A DNA stretch of 64,000 nucleotides, taken from Eledone cirrhosa (lineage: Eukaryota). Every line of letters starts with the position of its first letter. Position 1 is the first letter of the stretch. A program made the translations under genes and the position numbers. The notes beneath the pieces were generated by a model. That model was not told where the DNA came from, searched no databases, and saw only the letters and a program-made list of their open reading frames with translations. Below, in pieces: positions 39,285 to 53,823 of this stretch. Location: assembly GCA_964016885.1 (NCBI GenBank), contig OZ024762.1, positions 17,980,001 through 18,044,000 of the forward strand, given 5' to 3'.

Positions 39285-40156
39285 AATAATGAAATTATTG
39301 TGTAAAGTGCTCAGGTGAACTACAACTCGTCAATATAGTACATAGAATAATACACAAATGTCAGGGAAGTACATGTGTGTATGTGTTAGCTGTAGTGTTG
39401 GCGGATCTCGGGAAGCATGGAGGCCTTAAAGGATGCAGTGTCTCGACAGCTAACAACTGATGCAGGTAGTTTGTTCCATGCTTCAGCAACTCTGAGCGTG
39501 AAAAAATGTTTCTGAAAGTCATGGGAACTGTGCTGTTTTCTTACTTTGTGGGCATGTCCACGTGTGTTAGACACATGGAAATCAAAAAGGCACTCAGGGT
39601 TGTTGTTGGCAACATGGTTAACAATTTTGTGGGTGTTTACCAAGTCAGTTGCCAGGCGTCGGAGCTTCAACGAATCCATGCCCAGGGAAGCAAGGCGCTC
39701 AGAGTATGGTAGATGCCTGATGGAGGGTATTCGCTTGGTTGCATGTCTCTGAACAGTTTCCAGGCGGTCAATGTCCTGAGCAAGATAGGGGTTCCAGACT
39801 GGTGATGCAAATTCTAAGTGTGGTCGCACCATAGCTGTATACAGCCTTAAATAGATATCTGGAGAGCGGCTGACAAAGGTCTTGCTGAGTGATGCTAAGA
39901 CACCCTCGGCCCTCTTGACAATTTTAGAGACGTGCCTCGTCCAACGCAAATCGCTGTTGACCGTAATGCCCAGGCCACGTTCACAGGAAGACTTCTTGAT
40001 ATTAGTGCTGTGGAGGGAGTATGTGGACGCTGGGTTTTTACTCCCAAAATGCATGGTGGTGCACTTGTCCACAGCTAGCTTGAGTTGCCAGTCTGAGATC
40101 CACTGTTGCATTGTGTCCAGGTCAGACTGCAAGCAAGATCTAATGACAATGGTCAT
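39285..40156 (-). mobile_element. CR1/L2-like LINE 3' fragment (RT thumb and C-terminus, open for 256 codons)
   Basis: LQSDLD..WQL...KC..MHFG..VRPHLEFASPVWNP..LETVQ..YSERL..TRGH..FFTLRV..WNKLP. Confidence 0.9.
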
Positions 40157-40309
40157 CTAAAAACACAGCGTAATGAGGCTGTTTGCTTGCAAACAAATCG
40201 AATATTGTTATTATTTGATAAAGAAAACATTATTTGATACAAAACTCATGAATGCATTTACGTATCAACTATGTTGGAGCAAAAAAACAAATTCTAATTT
40301 TATTTTTTA

Positions 40310-41335
<1,026 letters not shown>

Positions 41336-41529
41336 TACATAATACATAAATACATACAAATAAACAAAATATATAATATATATAATTTCAAGGCTACACT
41401 TGAATAATTAGTTATCAATGCCACATGTTGAAAACTAAATACATGGTATCAAGTTTTATTTATACATCAAATAATTTTAAATATATTATGTTAAATATAC
41501 AAGTTGTTGTGGTTCACATTAACTCAATC

Positions 41530-41627
41530 ATCACCACCACCACTACTACTACTACGACGACCACCACTGCTATTACTACTACTACTGCTACTACTACTAC
41601 TATTACTACCACTACTACCACCACCAT

Positions 41628-41669
<42 letters not shown>

Positions 41670-41676
41670 CACCACC

Positions 41677-41708
<32 letters not shown>

Positions 41709-41744
41709 CACCACCACTGCTATTACTACTACTACTACTACTAC

Positions 41745-41790
<46 letters not shown>
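41530..41790. repeat. (CTA)n/(CCA)n/(AAT)n trinucleotide block (similar block 42925-43140)
   Basis: Direct inspection. Confidence 0.95.
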
Positions 41791-41966
41791 CGTTTCTACT
41801 TTTGGCACAAGGCCAGCAATTACCCAGTACATTACTGGTACTTTATTTTATCGACCCTGTAAGGATGAAAGGCAAAGTTAACCTTGGCGCGATTTGAACT
41901 CAGAATGGCAAGGGGCGTAACTCTATGCGTCAAAGCATAGTGTCCGACCCTCTACCGATACTGCCA

Positions 41967-42685
41967 AAATAATGATTTCATTTATTGGCCACAAGGGCCA
42001 ACATATAGGGGACAATACAAAAGACTGGGACAGTGGGGTTTTACAGAAAAATCGAGTAAACAATATGAATAACAATAACAAAGTAACAATAAAAATACAA
42101 CAAGGAAAATTCCCCAATAGGGGGGGATGACCACCCAGGGTTCGCTCAGGTACCCCACCAATCCTGAACGACCCCCGACGCTTCGAGAGCACCCTCGAAG
42201 GGCACCCCTCTCCTCCTCAAAATTTACCCACCTACAGCCGCATGACCAGAGTAGGCCCACTCACACGGGCCATTCTCGCCACATTCACCCACCTTTCAGC
42301 AAATGTACTGGGGGGGGGGGGGGGGGGCAGCACTTCTCTCTCCACCCTCACCTTCCTTTCCAAGTGAAACTTGAAAAAGTTGATGAGGGATTGGCCGAAG
42401 AGAAAAGTGCCTGTCTTCAGTCCTTTCAACCTCGTCCACCATACAACCTCTTTCGCTACTGCCACCAGACAGAGGAAAATTGCCTGCCCTTCCTGGCCAA
42501 AAGAAGGCGGCGGGTCGATCTTCACTATGGACTCGGCTGATAGCCGGATCCGTTCTTCACGCGACAACAGCTGTTCGACATAACTCCACAAGTCAGTAAT
42601 GCACGGACACTGGACGAGTGCGTACAGAACGGTTTCGTCGCTCTGTGCGCATCTCGGGCAGGCCCGTCTGACAACACTTCTGTAC
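41967..42685 (-). mobile_element. Tx1/L1-clade LINE 3' end with CCHC-type zinc knuckle remnant
   Basis: In frame upstream of ORF 42232..42591: CPRCAQSDETVLYALVQC..LWSYV...AKEVVWWTR; 3' UTR ending aataaatgaaatcattatt. Confidence 0.8.
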
Positions 42686-43046
42686 TAATAATAATAATAA
42701 TAATGATTTCTAGTATAGGCACAAGGCCAGTAATTTGGGTGTGTGTGGGGGGGGGGGGGGGGTTTCGATTAAACCGGCCCCAGCACATTAGTGGTACTTT
42801 ATTTTATCGATCCCGTAAGGATGAAAGGCAAAGTTAACCTCGGCAGGATTTGAACTCAGAATGGCAAGGGCCGTAACTCTATGCGTCAAAGCATGGTGTC
42901 CGACCCTCTACCGATACTGCCAATATGACTACTACTACTACTACTACTACTACTGCCAATACTACCACTACTACAGCTACCACCAAAACTACCACCACCA
43001 AGTCTACTACTACTACTACTACAACTACTACTACTACCACCAAGAG

Positions 43047-43096
<50 letters not shown>

Positions 43097-43100
43097 AGAG

Positions 43101-43137
<37 letters not shown>

Positions 43138-43520
43138 GATAGTTTCTTTGTGGTCCACCTAACAGATGAAAGTTAAAGTGGTCCACAGAAGACATATAAC
43201 ATCTAAATCCTCCCTGAACAACCAGGCTGTGTGAGAGAGTTCTAGAGGGCTGTGGTAAGGGTGTTGGACACACATTCATAATGTTGTGGGTTTGATTCCT
43301 GGGCTGGGTTGCATGTTGTGTTCTTCAGCAAAGCACTTTATTTCACGTTGCTCCAGTATACTCAGGTGAAAATGAGTACCAGCAATATCTGTGGGTTTAA
43401 CCCTGCAAAACCCTGCAATGGACTTGCGTCCTGTCCAAGAGGGAGTCTTGTACTCTCAGAAATCAGGATAAGTACCGGCCTGATGAGTCTATGGGCTCAA
43501 GACAGATTTTAGACTTTTGA

Positions 43521-44080
43521 CTATGTAAAATGGTAGTGGTTATGCCATGATTAATTACCCCCAGTTCACTCTGTAAAGTGGTAAAGGTTATGCCATGATT
43601 AAATACCCCCAGTTCACTCTGTAAGGTGGTAGTGGTTATGCCATGTTTAAATACCCCCAGTTCACTCTGTAAAGTGGTAGTGGTTATGCCATGTTTAAAT
43701 ACCCCCAGTTCACTCTGTAAAGTGGTAGTGGTTATGCCATGATTAAATACCCCCAGTTCACTCTGTAAAGTGGTAGTGGTTATGCCATGATTAAATACCC
43801 CCAGTTCACTCTGTAAAGTGGTAGTGGTTATGCCATGTTTAAATACCCCCAGTGCACTCTGTAAAGTGGTAGTGGTTATGCCATGTTTAAATACCCCTCT
43901 GTTCACTCTGTAAAGTGGTAGTGGTTATGCCATGATTAAATACCCCCAGTTCACTCTGTAAAGTGGTAGTGGTTATGCCATGATTAAATACCACCAGTTC
44001 ACTCTGTAAAATGGTAGTGGTTATGCCATGATAAAATACCCCCAGTTCACTCTGTAAAGCGGTAGTGGTGGTGCCATGAT
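43521..44080. repeat. 48-bp minisatellite x~12
   Basis: ccccagttcactctgtaaagtggtagtggttatgccatg(a/t)ttaaatac; 16-aa periodicity in ORF 43463..43906. Confidence 0.95.
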
Positions 44081-44539
44081 AAATTGCATCCAGTCTGCAA
44101 TGGACTGGCGCCCTGTCCAGGAAGGAGTCTTATACTCTCAATCACTTCATGCATCGCACTTGGATAAGCCCCGACCTAATGAGTTATCTGGCTTGAGACA
44201 GACTTTAGACTGGATCTGGGGCTTTCTTGCCAACCCAACTCCATCAAAGGATGAAGAGCAAAGTAGACGTTGATGGGATTTGAAAGCAGAGCACAGAGAG
44301 TGAGAATAATAGGGACTCCTATCTGACAGTCTCCTTTTCTCTTCTTGAATCACCCTCCCAGCGAAGGTGAAGCATACACAAAGTTCCTGATCCAGACTTT
44401 TCGATCTCTCATCGCAGCAAGAAAATCCCGTCCAGTGAGGCCAGTGTCCCTTGCCAACAGAGTCCTGACGGTTATGTTTGGACATCCTACTCAGTACCAG
44501 GCATCTGGTGACCAGACAAGCAGTTTCCCTGCAGTTTTA

Positions 44540-45085
44540 TCATGGATGGGAAACATGACCAGCAAGAGTCAAGTGACAGGATCTAACTTTCGATGAAACA
44601 CGTGGCAGATCACCATAAAGAATTTTGTTGGTAGTGTGACTTTGCCACGCAATGTTGAACACCACATGTAACATATTGGTGTAGGAACCACCATCATCAT
44701 CATCATCATCATCAACGATAGATCCCCACATGGGTCTGTCATCCTGAATGTGAGCACCAGCATCCTTGGCTATGATATCTCGATATGAGAACTTGCTGCA
44801 ACCCCTTTCTTCTTGAGACAGGTGCAGGTTTCCAAAGCACCAAAGAGGACACAACTTCATTTGAGGCCTGATAACAATGGCCAACAAACCTCACCCTCCT
44901 TGATGTACAACATCACTTATATGCGGCAGACCATTATATCTCTCCCAGAGTGTCTTGTGTTCCCTCCAGATTATGTTTTAAGAGCCTCTGAGAACTGATG
45001 TATAGGCTCTGACGAGATGTCAGTGTTGCTTGGTTGAGAGTGTCCAAGTCTCACTACCATAGCTGGATTGTGACTTGGAAGAGCT
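44540..45085. mobile_element. Heavily decayed, rearranged RTE-X-like fragments
   Basis: Minus-strand remnants NIAWQSH..LYGDLP..LAGH and a ggtagtgagacttggac (GSETW-like) block. Confidence 0.55.
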
Positions 45086-45249
45086 TGACATTGGCAGAGT
45101 TAGGAAGACTGAAGCACCAAATACAGTCTAACTTGTTGCAAGCCGACCCTGCTTAGACTTTTCTGGTTGTAAAGTCCTTCCCAGGGACCATCAAATATCC
45201 TTGAGCGAATAACACAGAGTTCAGAATTCTGAATCATATAGTAAGATAT

Positions 45250-45455
45250 TTTTGACCAAAGCTTTGACGATTTTGCACTCCGATTTTGACCAAAGCTTTG
45301 ACGATTTTGCACTCCGATTTTGCACTCCGATTTTGACCAAAGCTTTGACGATTTTGCACTCCGATTTTGCACTCCGATTTTGACCAAAGCTTTGACGATT
45401 TTGCACTCCGATTTTGCACTCCGATTTTGACCAAAGCTTTGACGATTTTGCACTC
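45250..45455. repeat. Higher-order minisatellite of 13-bp (gattttgcactcc) and 21-bp (gattttgaccaaagctttgac) subunits
   Basis: Direct inspection. Confidence 0.9.
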
Positions 45456-46764
45456 CTACATTAGTGATTGAGATGATAAATGCATCTAAAAATATGCATA
45501 TATACATATTGATATCACAAGATATATTTGGTTTGTAAACAGTGTGCCTATGAGGTTACAGATGTTTATATATACACTTTTAATCATAGCTGTTGATATC
45601 TCTTGAAAAACTGTTGATGCTGGCGTGTCGTGTATATATATATCTATATCTATATATATACACACACACACGCACACATATATATATATATATATATATA
45701 TAGTAAGCAAAAAAGTGTTGGTAAAATCCAGTACTTCAGTGTATAGTAATAATATATATATATATGTGTGTGCATGTATATATGTATATGTATATATGTA
45801 TATTATATATATATATATATATATATAATATACATATATATATAATATACATATATATATATAATATACATATATATATATATAATATACATATATATAA
45901 TATACATATATATATACAATATACATATATATATATAATATTATATATATATATTATATATATTATATATATTATATATCATCATCATCATCATCATCAT
46001 CATCATTTTACGTCCGCTTTTCCCTGCTTGCAAGGGTGGGACGGGAACTGATTCTGGCTTGATTTCTACAGCTGGATGCCCTTCCTAACACCAACCTCAT
46101 TTACAGTGAGTGTTAGGTGCTTTTTTGCCGTGGCACCTCCACATCCACTTTGCAGTGGAATGATAGGGACTGGGGTCCCTATCTCATTTCTACAGCTGAG
46201 TAAACTGGAGCAATGTGAAATAAAGTGTCTTGCTCAAGGAAACAACACATCACCCAGTCTAAGAATTGAACTCACAACCTTTCGATTGCAAGGCCAATGC
46301 TCTAACCACTAAGCCATGTGCCTCTATATAATATATATATTATATATATTATATATATAATATACATATATATATAATATACATATATAACCCTAACCCT
46401 TGTGGTTAATAAAGAAAGCATATATATATATATATTATTATTATTATTATTATTAGAATTGGCAGTATCGGTAGAGGGTTGGACGCCATGCTTTCTAGCA
46501 TAGTTACGTCCCTTTACAGTCTGAGTTCAAATCCCACCGAGGTTAACTTTGCCTTTCATCCTTACGGGGTCGATAAAATAAAGTACCAGTAATGTACTGC
46601 ATAATTGCTGGCCTTGTGCCAAATGTAGAAACAATTATTATTATTATTATTATTATTACATTCAAAGTAAAGGATGTCATGAATGATACAAAATCAAACA
46701 TATGTCTTGTTTCAAAAAACAACTGAAGATGGAATTCAGAAAATAAAATCAAGCCTTAATCATT

Positions 46765-46930
46765 ATAAGAAAGTGAATGAAATATATCCATACACACTTA
46801 AGTGTGCCCTAAGATATATCAAACCTTAAAACTAGAGACATTCGGTGCAGATTGTCTCTAGTTTTAAGCTTTGATATATCTTAATGCACACTTATGTACT
46901 TAGGTGTGATATATTTCATACAATTTCTCA
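46765..46930. repeat. Imperfect fold-back element
   Basis: aagtgtgc..taagatatatcaaa.cttaaaactagagaca mirrors tgtctctagttttaag.tttgatatatctta..gcacactt. Confidence 0.75.
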
Positions 46931-47797
46931 TATTCATTTTCATTTTCATTTCATTTTACGTCCGCTTTTTCCCTGCTTGCAAGGGTGGGACGGGAACTGA
47001 TTCTGGCCTGATTTCTACAGCTGGATGCCCTTCCTAACACCAACCTCATTTACAGTGAGTGTTGGGTGGTTTTTTTTGCCGTGGCACCTCCACGACCACT
47101 TTGCAATGGAATGATAGGGACCCCAGTCCCTATCATCTCATTTCTACAGCTGAGTAAACTGGAGCAATGTGAAATAAAGTGTCTTGCTCAAGGAAACAAC
47201 ACATCACCCGGTCTGAGAATTGAACTCACAACCTTTCGATTGCAAGGCCAATGCTCTAACCACTAAGCCATGTGCCTCCATGCATATATACAGACATATT
47301 TACATTGTATTTCGGCTCTGCAGTATACTTGTTATTTTACATCGAGCTATTTTCATACTTGTAACTGGGTAATATTTATTATTCCCCACATTATATATAT
47401 ATAAATACAACTCCACTCAGTCAGAGCTGAAGATCTGCTTAAGGTGAAACATTTGTTCTCGGTATGGTGAACTAACTGTTGTAGAACTACTTCTACCAAA
47501 CTCGTCCCATGAACTGAGTGCTCTACTACTACAGATATAACCCTTCAGTGTTCTACTACTATATATCATCATCATCATTTAACGTCTATCTTCCATGCTA
47601 GCATGGGTTTAGACGAGAATTGTCCCACTTGAGGCAAGATTGGTCGGGTGACCGTGTCTCACTTGTATAGGACAGGTTTTCTACGGTTGGATCCCCTTCC
47701 TAATACCAACCACATTTACAGTGTGGACAGGGAGGTTTTTACCATGTTACCTACATGGCCACATTACAGCGTGGACTGTGTGTTTTCTTGTTGTGAC

Positions 47798-47844
<47 letters not shown>

Positions 47845-48396
47845 ATTAAATAAATGGAAACTATATTTATAAAACCATATTTATTCTATTATATATATTT
47901 CAAGGGTAGCAAAAACTTTGGTACGCTTTCATCAGATAAAATACAAAGAGTGTTTTATAAATTTTGACATAGCCAAGGAAACCATACCTTATCAGTTGAA
48001 TTTTCCTTGGGTAGTTTCCATTTATTTAATATCATTGAATATTTACTCCAGAAAGCTGTCGAGTGCTCTGAATCAGTTACAAACATTTATATTTGTTGAA
48101 TTTCCAACAAATTAAATATCCCTTCTACTTATATATATATATCATTTTCATTTCATTTCATTTTACGTCCACTTTTCCCTGCTTGCAAGGGTGGGACGGG
48201 AACTGATTCTGGCTTGATTTCTACAGCTGGATGCCCTTCCTAACACCAACCTCATTTACAGTGAGTGCTGGGTGCTTTTTTGCCGTGGCACCTCCACGAC
48301 CACTTTGCAGTGGAATGATATGGACCCCAGTCCTATCATCTCATTTCTACAGCTGAGTAAACTGTATATATATATATATACATGTATATATATATA

Positions 48397-48437
<41 letters not shown>

Positions 48438-48536
48438 AAATACCACCATATTACTTGGACAGTTGGCTTCCTGGTGGTTTCTCCTGTAGAAGCCATTTCT
48501 ATTTTAAATATATATATATATATAAGTATATATGTA

Positions 48537-49218
48537 TGTATACGTACATACATATATGTATACAGACGTACAGTAACAGTAGTATGTATATACATACATA
48601 CATGCACACATATATATATGCATGTATCGGTTTACCAAACATTTATTATAATGCTCGGTTTATTTGTTTGTAAACAAACAGACAGCCCGAATTACGCCGT
48701 ACAGTGTTTAGGCAACCACGTCACCTTTTTGTTCAACACTGACACAGGAACGATGTACTAGTTTCAAGCTTATTAGCTATCGTCAGCATCGTATACCTTC
48801 CTGCCAGATGGTTGAACGTCTGAAAGTATATACTTTCCTTATGCATATTAACGGCCGAGCAGACTAATTTGCATATCGAGTGAGTTCAGTCAGCCGGGCA
48901 CACCGAAAACGATAAATGGAATAGAATGAAACAAAATTTCATTTCTCACTCTTAGTACGGCACTTACTTAAATGTAAGTATGTATGTATACATACTTACA
49001 TATATGTATACAGACAAAAAGGTTGAACAAAAATGTGACGTGGTTGCCTAAACACTGTACGGCGTAATTTGGGCTGTTTGTTTGTTTACAAACAAACAAA
49101 CCGAGCATTATAATAAATGTTCGGTAAACCGATACATGCATATATATATATGTGTGCATGTATGTATATATATACATACTACTGTACGTCTGTATACATA
49201 TATGTATGTACGTATACA
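48537..49218. mobile_element. Fold-back cassette family H, ~200-bp arms, with minimal hammerhead in the spacer
   Basis: 48537-48737 mirrors 49022-49218. Confidence 0.85.
48750..48792 (-). ncRNA. Minimal Penelope-type hammerhead ribozyme
   Basis: Reverse complement: acgatg-CTGACGA-tagct aata agctt-GAAA-CTAG-TA-catcgt; palindromic tetraloop on a 1-bp stem III. Confidence 0.88.
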
Positions 49219-49220
49219 AT

Positions 49221-49760
49221 TACTTGGAGGCATGTGGACATTGATTTAAAAAATCAGATCTTGTATTTAGGCAAGTACTCATCTCTCCAAGATATTTATT
49301 CATCAATGCACAGCCCACAAAACAACCTTCCATTTCTGTTCGGCCTAGATTTGGTTAGAACTTTCCATTGAATGGAGTAATCCACATCTACATCTTTGAG
49401 AGACCATATGTGGATTGTCAACTTCGTGGACGATCGTTTATCTGAGTGTCTAAAAGTCGTCTGATGGCTAAGGAAGCGTTCTTTAAACCAGCCCTCCGCC
49501 ATACCCACATATGTTTTATGTCTATTTCTGTTTCTACTTGTGGTGGGATTAGAAAGGAAGTAAGAAATTGTATCGGAGAAGCCGCTGTTGGTTAACGCAG
49601 TGTTGTAGTAAGGTGTTGCTCTCTCAGAGATGGCATTGTTAGAAGAAAGATTAAAAATCCTAGTACTGATATATTTTATGAAGATTTTGAAGACCGTAGG
49701 CAGGTGGCATGAATCTTTATGTATATAGGCTGACATTTCATTAGGTTTGTGGAAAGGTCT
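49221..49760 (-). pseudogene. Penelope-like element RT-linker/GIY-YIG endonuclease remnant
   Basis: ISTRIFNLSSN..YYNTAL..SGF...YVGMAEGWFKERFLSH..F..STKL..IWSLK..WKVL..CGLCIDE, then after a frameshift CLNTRSDFLNQCPHASK. Confidence 0.85.
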
Positions 49761-50497
49761 GAATGTGTGTGTGTGAGGTCTAAATCAATGTCTGCAGCTG
49801 TTTAAACAAATGCTGATAAAAATCTGTGGTAGGGACTTATGGAAGAAGCAGACCCAGGAAGACTTTGGATGAAGTAGTGACGGCTGACTTTAAGAAGCTG
49901 AACCTTACAATGGAGATGACAAATAACAGAGAGATGTGGTGATATGTTGGACTGGAGAAGGTGTGCCTACTAACATAAAATGTCACCTGATCCTTCTATG
50001 TTGCTCCCTCCTCAGCAACTATCCTAGCCATCCCTCTACACTGCCACCCCACCAATGTTTTTTATTAACTATTTCTCACCCCCACTGTCCAGGCGCTCCC
50101 TAATCATGCTTCACTCCTTAGTAGCAATTCTTACATTACAACACGATCATCACCTCTAAAATCCTGACATACCAGTCATAATGCCCTATTAACTGCTGCC
50201 ATCAAAGTACTCCCCAACCACCCAACCACCAAACCCAAGCCCACCCTTAATTCCATTCATCATCCTGTCCAATCCCATCACAGCCCACATACACTTACAA
50301 CATCATACCTACCACCCCATACTGCAAGGGAGAGGGGGGGGGGGGTCTCCATGTTTAAGTTAATGACCAACAATCTCTCCACTGGTACTGCCATGAACAA
50401 TACACCCTGTACATGCTGTATGATAGGAAAGGCCTCCTGCTGTAGAAACCATGCCAAATAAAAGCAGTTGGGAGGACTCCTCAGATGTATTAATGGC

Positions 50498-51672
50498 ATG
50501 ACAACCTCCCTAGTGTTGGTGATATACATGACACCCTCCCTTGTGTTGGTGATCTACATGACAACTTCCCCAGTGTTGGTGATCTACATGGTGACAACCT
50601 CCCTAGTGTTGGTGATCTACATGGTGTCAACCTCCCTAGTGCTGGTAATCTACAACCTCCCTTGTGTTGGTGATCTACATGACAACCTCCCCAGTGTTGG
50701 TGATCTACATGGTGACAACCTCCCAAGTGTTGGTAATCTACAACCTCCCTTGTGTTGGTGATCTACATGACAACTTCCCCAGTGTTGGTGATCTACATGG
50801 TGACAACCTCCCTAGTGTTGGTGATCTACATGGTGACAACCTCCCTAGTGTTGGTAATCTACAACCTCCCTTGTGTTGGTGATCTACATGACAACTTCCC
50901 CAGTGTTGGTGATCTACATGGTGACAACCTCCCTAGTGTTGGTGATCTACATGGTGACAACCTCCCTAGTGTTGGTGATCTACATGGTGTCAACCTCCCT
51001 AGTGTTGGTAATCTCATCATCATCATCATCATTCGTCGACTACTGTTGAGATGATGGATCTCACTCTCATGCCCCAGAATTCCCTGTCCCCCATCGCTGC
51101 CCCAGGTCCTGTCTACTGATTCCCGTATCCCTAGAGATAACGTCAGGGAATGACAGCTTCCTACTCCTAGTCAGGCTGGAGTCAGGGTTCCAGAGCAAGA
51201 GAGCGGATATGATTTCATTGCTGGCACGGTGACAGTGGCCAGCAAATTGAGCTCTCCGGGATTTTAGAAGGGCAGAGGCTCGAGGGAGTTTGCCATAGAA
51301 TTTAGACAAGGTGGGATGTCGTTTCCAGGATAGGTTTTGCACTCTCATTAAGAGGCGGGTATATGTGCCATCCAATCTCCTCTCAAGTTGTAATGTTAGT
51401 GTCCAAGTTTCGGATCCATAAAGTAATATGGGCTTAATGGTTGCTTGGAATATTTCCAGTTTTAGCTTGTTGGTAAGTTGAGATGTCCATATGGCGTGCA
51501 TGTCATTGCATGCTGACCATGCCATACCCTTCCTGGTTAGAATATCTTTTTTGGAGGAGGAGATATATGAGCCAAGATACTTGTAATCTTCCACCTGGTA
51601 ATCTACAACCTGGTAATCTACAACCTCCCTAGTGTTGGTAATCTACAACCTCCCTAGTGTTGGTGATCTACA
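50498..51672. repeat. Variable 23-33-bp minisatellite (gtgttggtgatctacatggtgacaacctcccta) interrupted by an RTE-X insertion
   Basis: The array resumes at 51597 after the insertion. Confidence 0.9.
51015..51596 (-). mobile_element. 5'-truncated RTE-X-like LINE
   Basis: ORF 51067..51594 YKYLGSYI..KGMAW...ILLYGSETWTL..LDGTYTRLL..FAGHC; (TGA)n tail; candidate TSD tggtaatct. Confidence 0.9.
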
Positions 51673-52172
51673 AGATAACACACTCAGTACAAACTCTAAA
51701 TTAGTTGGAGTGAGGAGGGGGATCCAGTCATTGATTGCTTGACATAGAAAGGGTCAGGAGGACTCATGAACTGTCTCAAAGACGACAATAAAATGCACAC
51801 TGTAGAATACAAGAACATATATGAGATGTAGCCCCCGCTACATCTCATATATGTTTTTTTTAAAGTGAGGAAAGACTATGCACTGAGCCAATCCCACTCT
51901 CTGAGCGACAAGGTCAGCCAACTGGGCATCTAACACATGCTAGCGTTGAAGAACGGACGTAAGACGGTGATGATGATATATATATATATATATATATATA
52001 GTAGAGTGTCAGGACCCAACAGCTGAGCTCATACCATTCCTGTCTGGAATTTGTTCTTGAAATGGCCCATTAGGCACTGAGTCTCTGCTATATATACACT
52101 CTGGTACCCCAAATATTGAGTACTCTGCTGAATTATGGTCTTACTAGTTTAAACTGGTATAATCCTGATATA

Positions 52173-52204
<32 letters not shown>

Positions 52205-52274
52205 CATATACATATATATATATATGTATATATATATATGTATATATATATGTATATATATATGTATATATATG

Positions 52275-52368
<94 letters not shown>

Positions 52369-52426
52369 TCATTTTTTAATTTGTTTTGCAAGATTTCTTA
52401 TCTGAAAACGTGTGTATATATATATA

Positions 52427-52470
<44 letters not shown>

Positions 52471-52653
52471 GATATTAACAAATGGAAACTATATTTATAA
52501 AACCATATTTATTTCATTATACATATTTCAAGGACACCAAGTTAAATTATGGTGTGCTTTCATCAGATAAAATATAATATAGATCAGTTTTATAAATAAA
52601 TATTGACATACCCTTAAAGAATGCAACCATTACTGTTGGAAGCTCCCGGATAG

Positions 52654-53078
<425 letters not shown>

Positions 53079-53823
53079 TATATATATCATCATCATTATC
53101 CTCATCATCTTATATATATTTATATCATCATCATCATCATCATCATCATTTTACATCCACTTTTCCCTGCTTGCAAGGGACACAGATATATATATATATG
53201 TGTGTGTATCCCCGGTTCAATCGGGGGTAACCACAGGAAGTAAGGTACTCAATACATGGCAGGGTATAAATATGTAATATAGAAATGGCTTCTACAGGAC
53301 TAGAACAGTTTTCCTGATGATTTTCTTCACATGAAACAGTTCTAGTCCTGTAGAAGCCATTTCTATATTAAATATATATATATATGCCTATGTACAAAGC
53401 AAAACCTACAGGCAGTAGGTACCTCTTAACCAAATATACACCACAATCCACTACCCCTACCCTATCCTCCCACTCCTTCCAACACCACCCTCTCTCTGTG
53501 AAGTTGGTACCACAACATCCAGTCCAAATAAATGAGATAATGAGATCGAGATCGTGTAGGTGTCACGACAAAAAAAACACACAGTCCACGCTGTAATGTG
53601 GCCGTGTAGGTAACACAGTAAAAAGTTCCCAGTTCCACACTGTAAATGTGGTTGGTGTTAGGAAGGACATCCAGCCATAGAAAACCTGCCAGATAGTCCT
53701 ATATGAGCGAGACACGGTCACCCGACCAACCTTGACTCAAATTGGGACAACTCCCGTCTAACCCATGCTAGCGTGGAAAATGGACGTTAAACGAAGATGA
53801 TGATGATGATGATGATATATATA

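Noticed and set aside
43478-43510. ctgatga hammerhead core in SINE tail
   Set aside because: No downstream GAAA or UH.
46388-46400. Telomeric TTAGGG repeat
   Set aside because: Only two units; compatible with chance.
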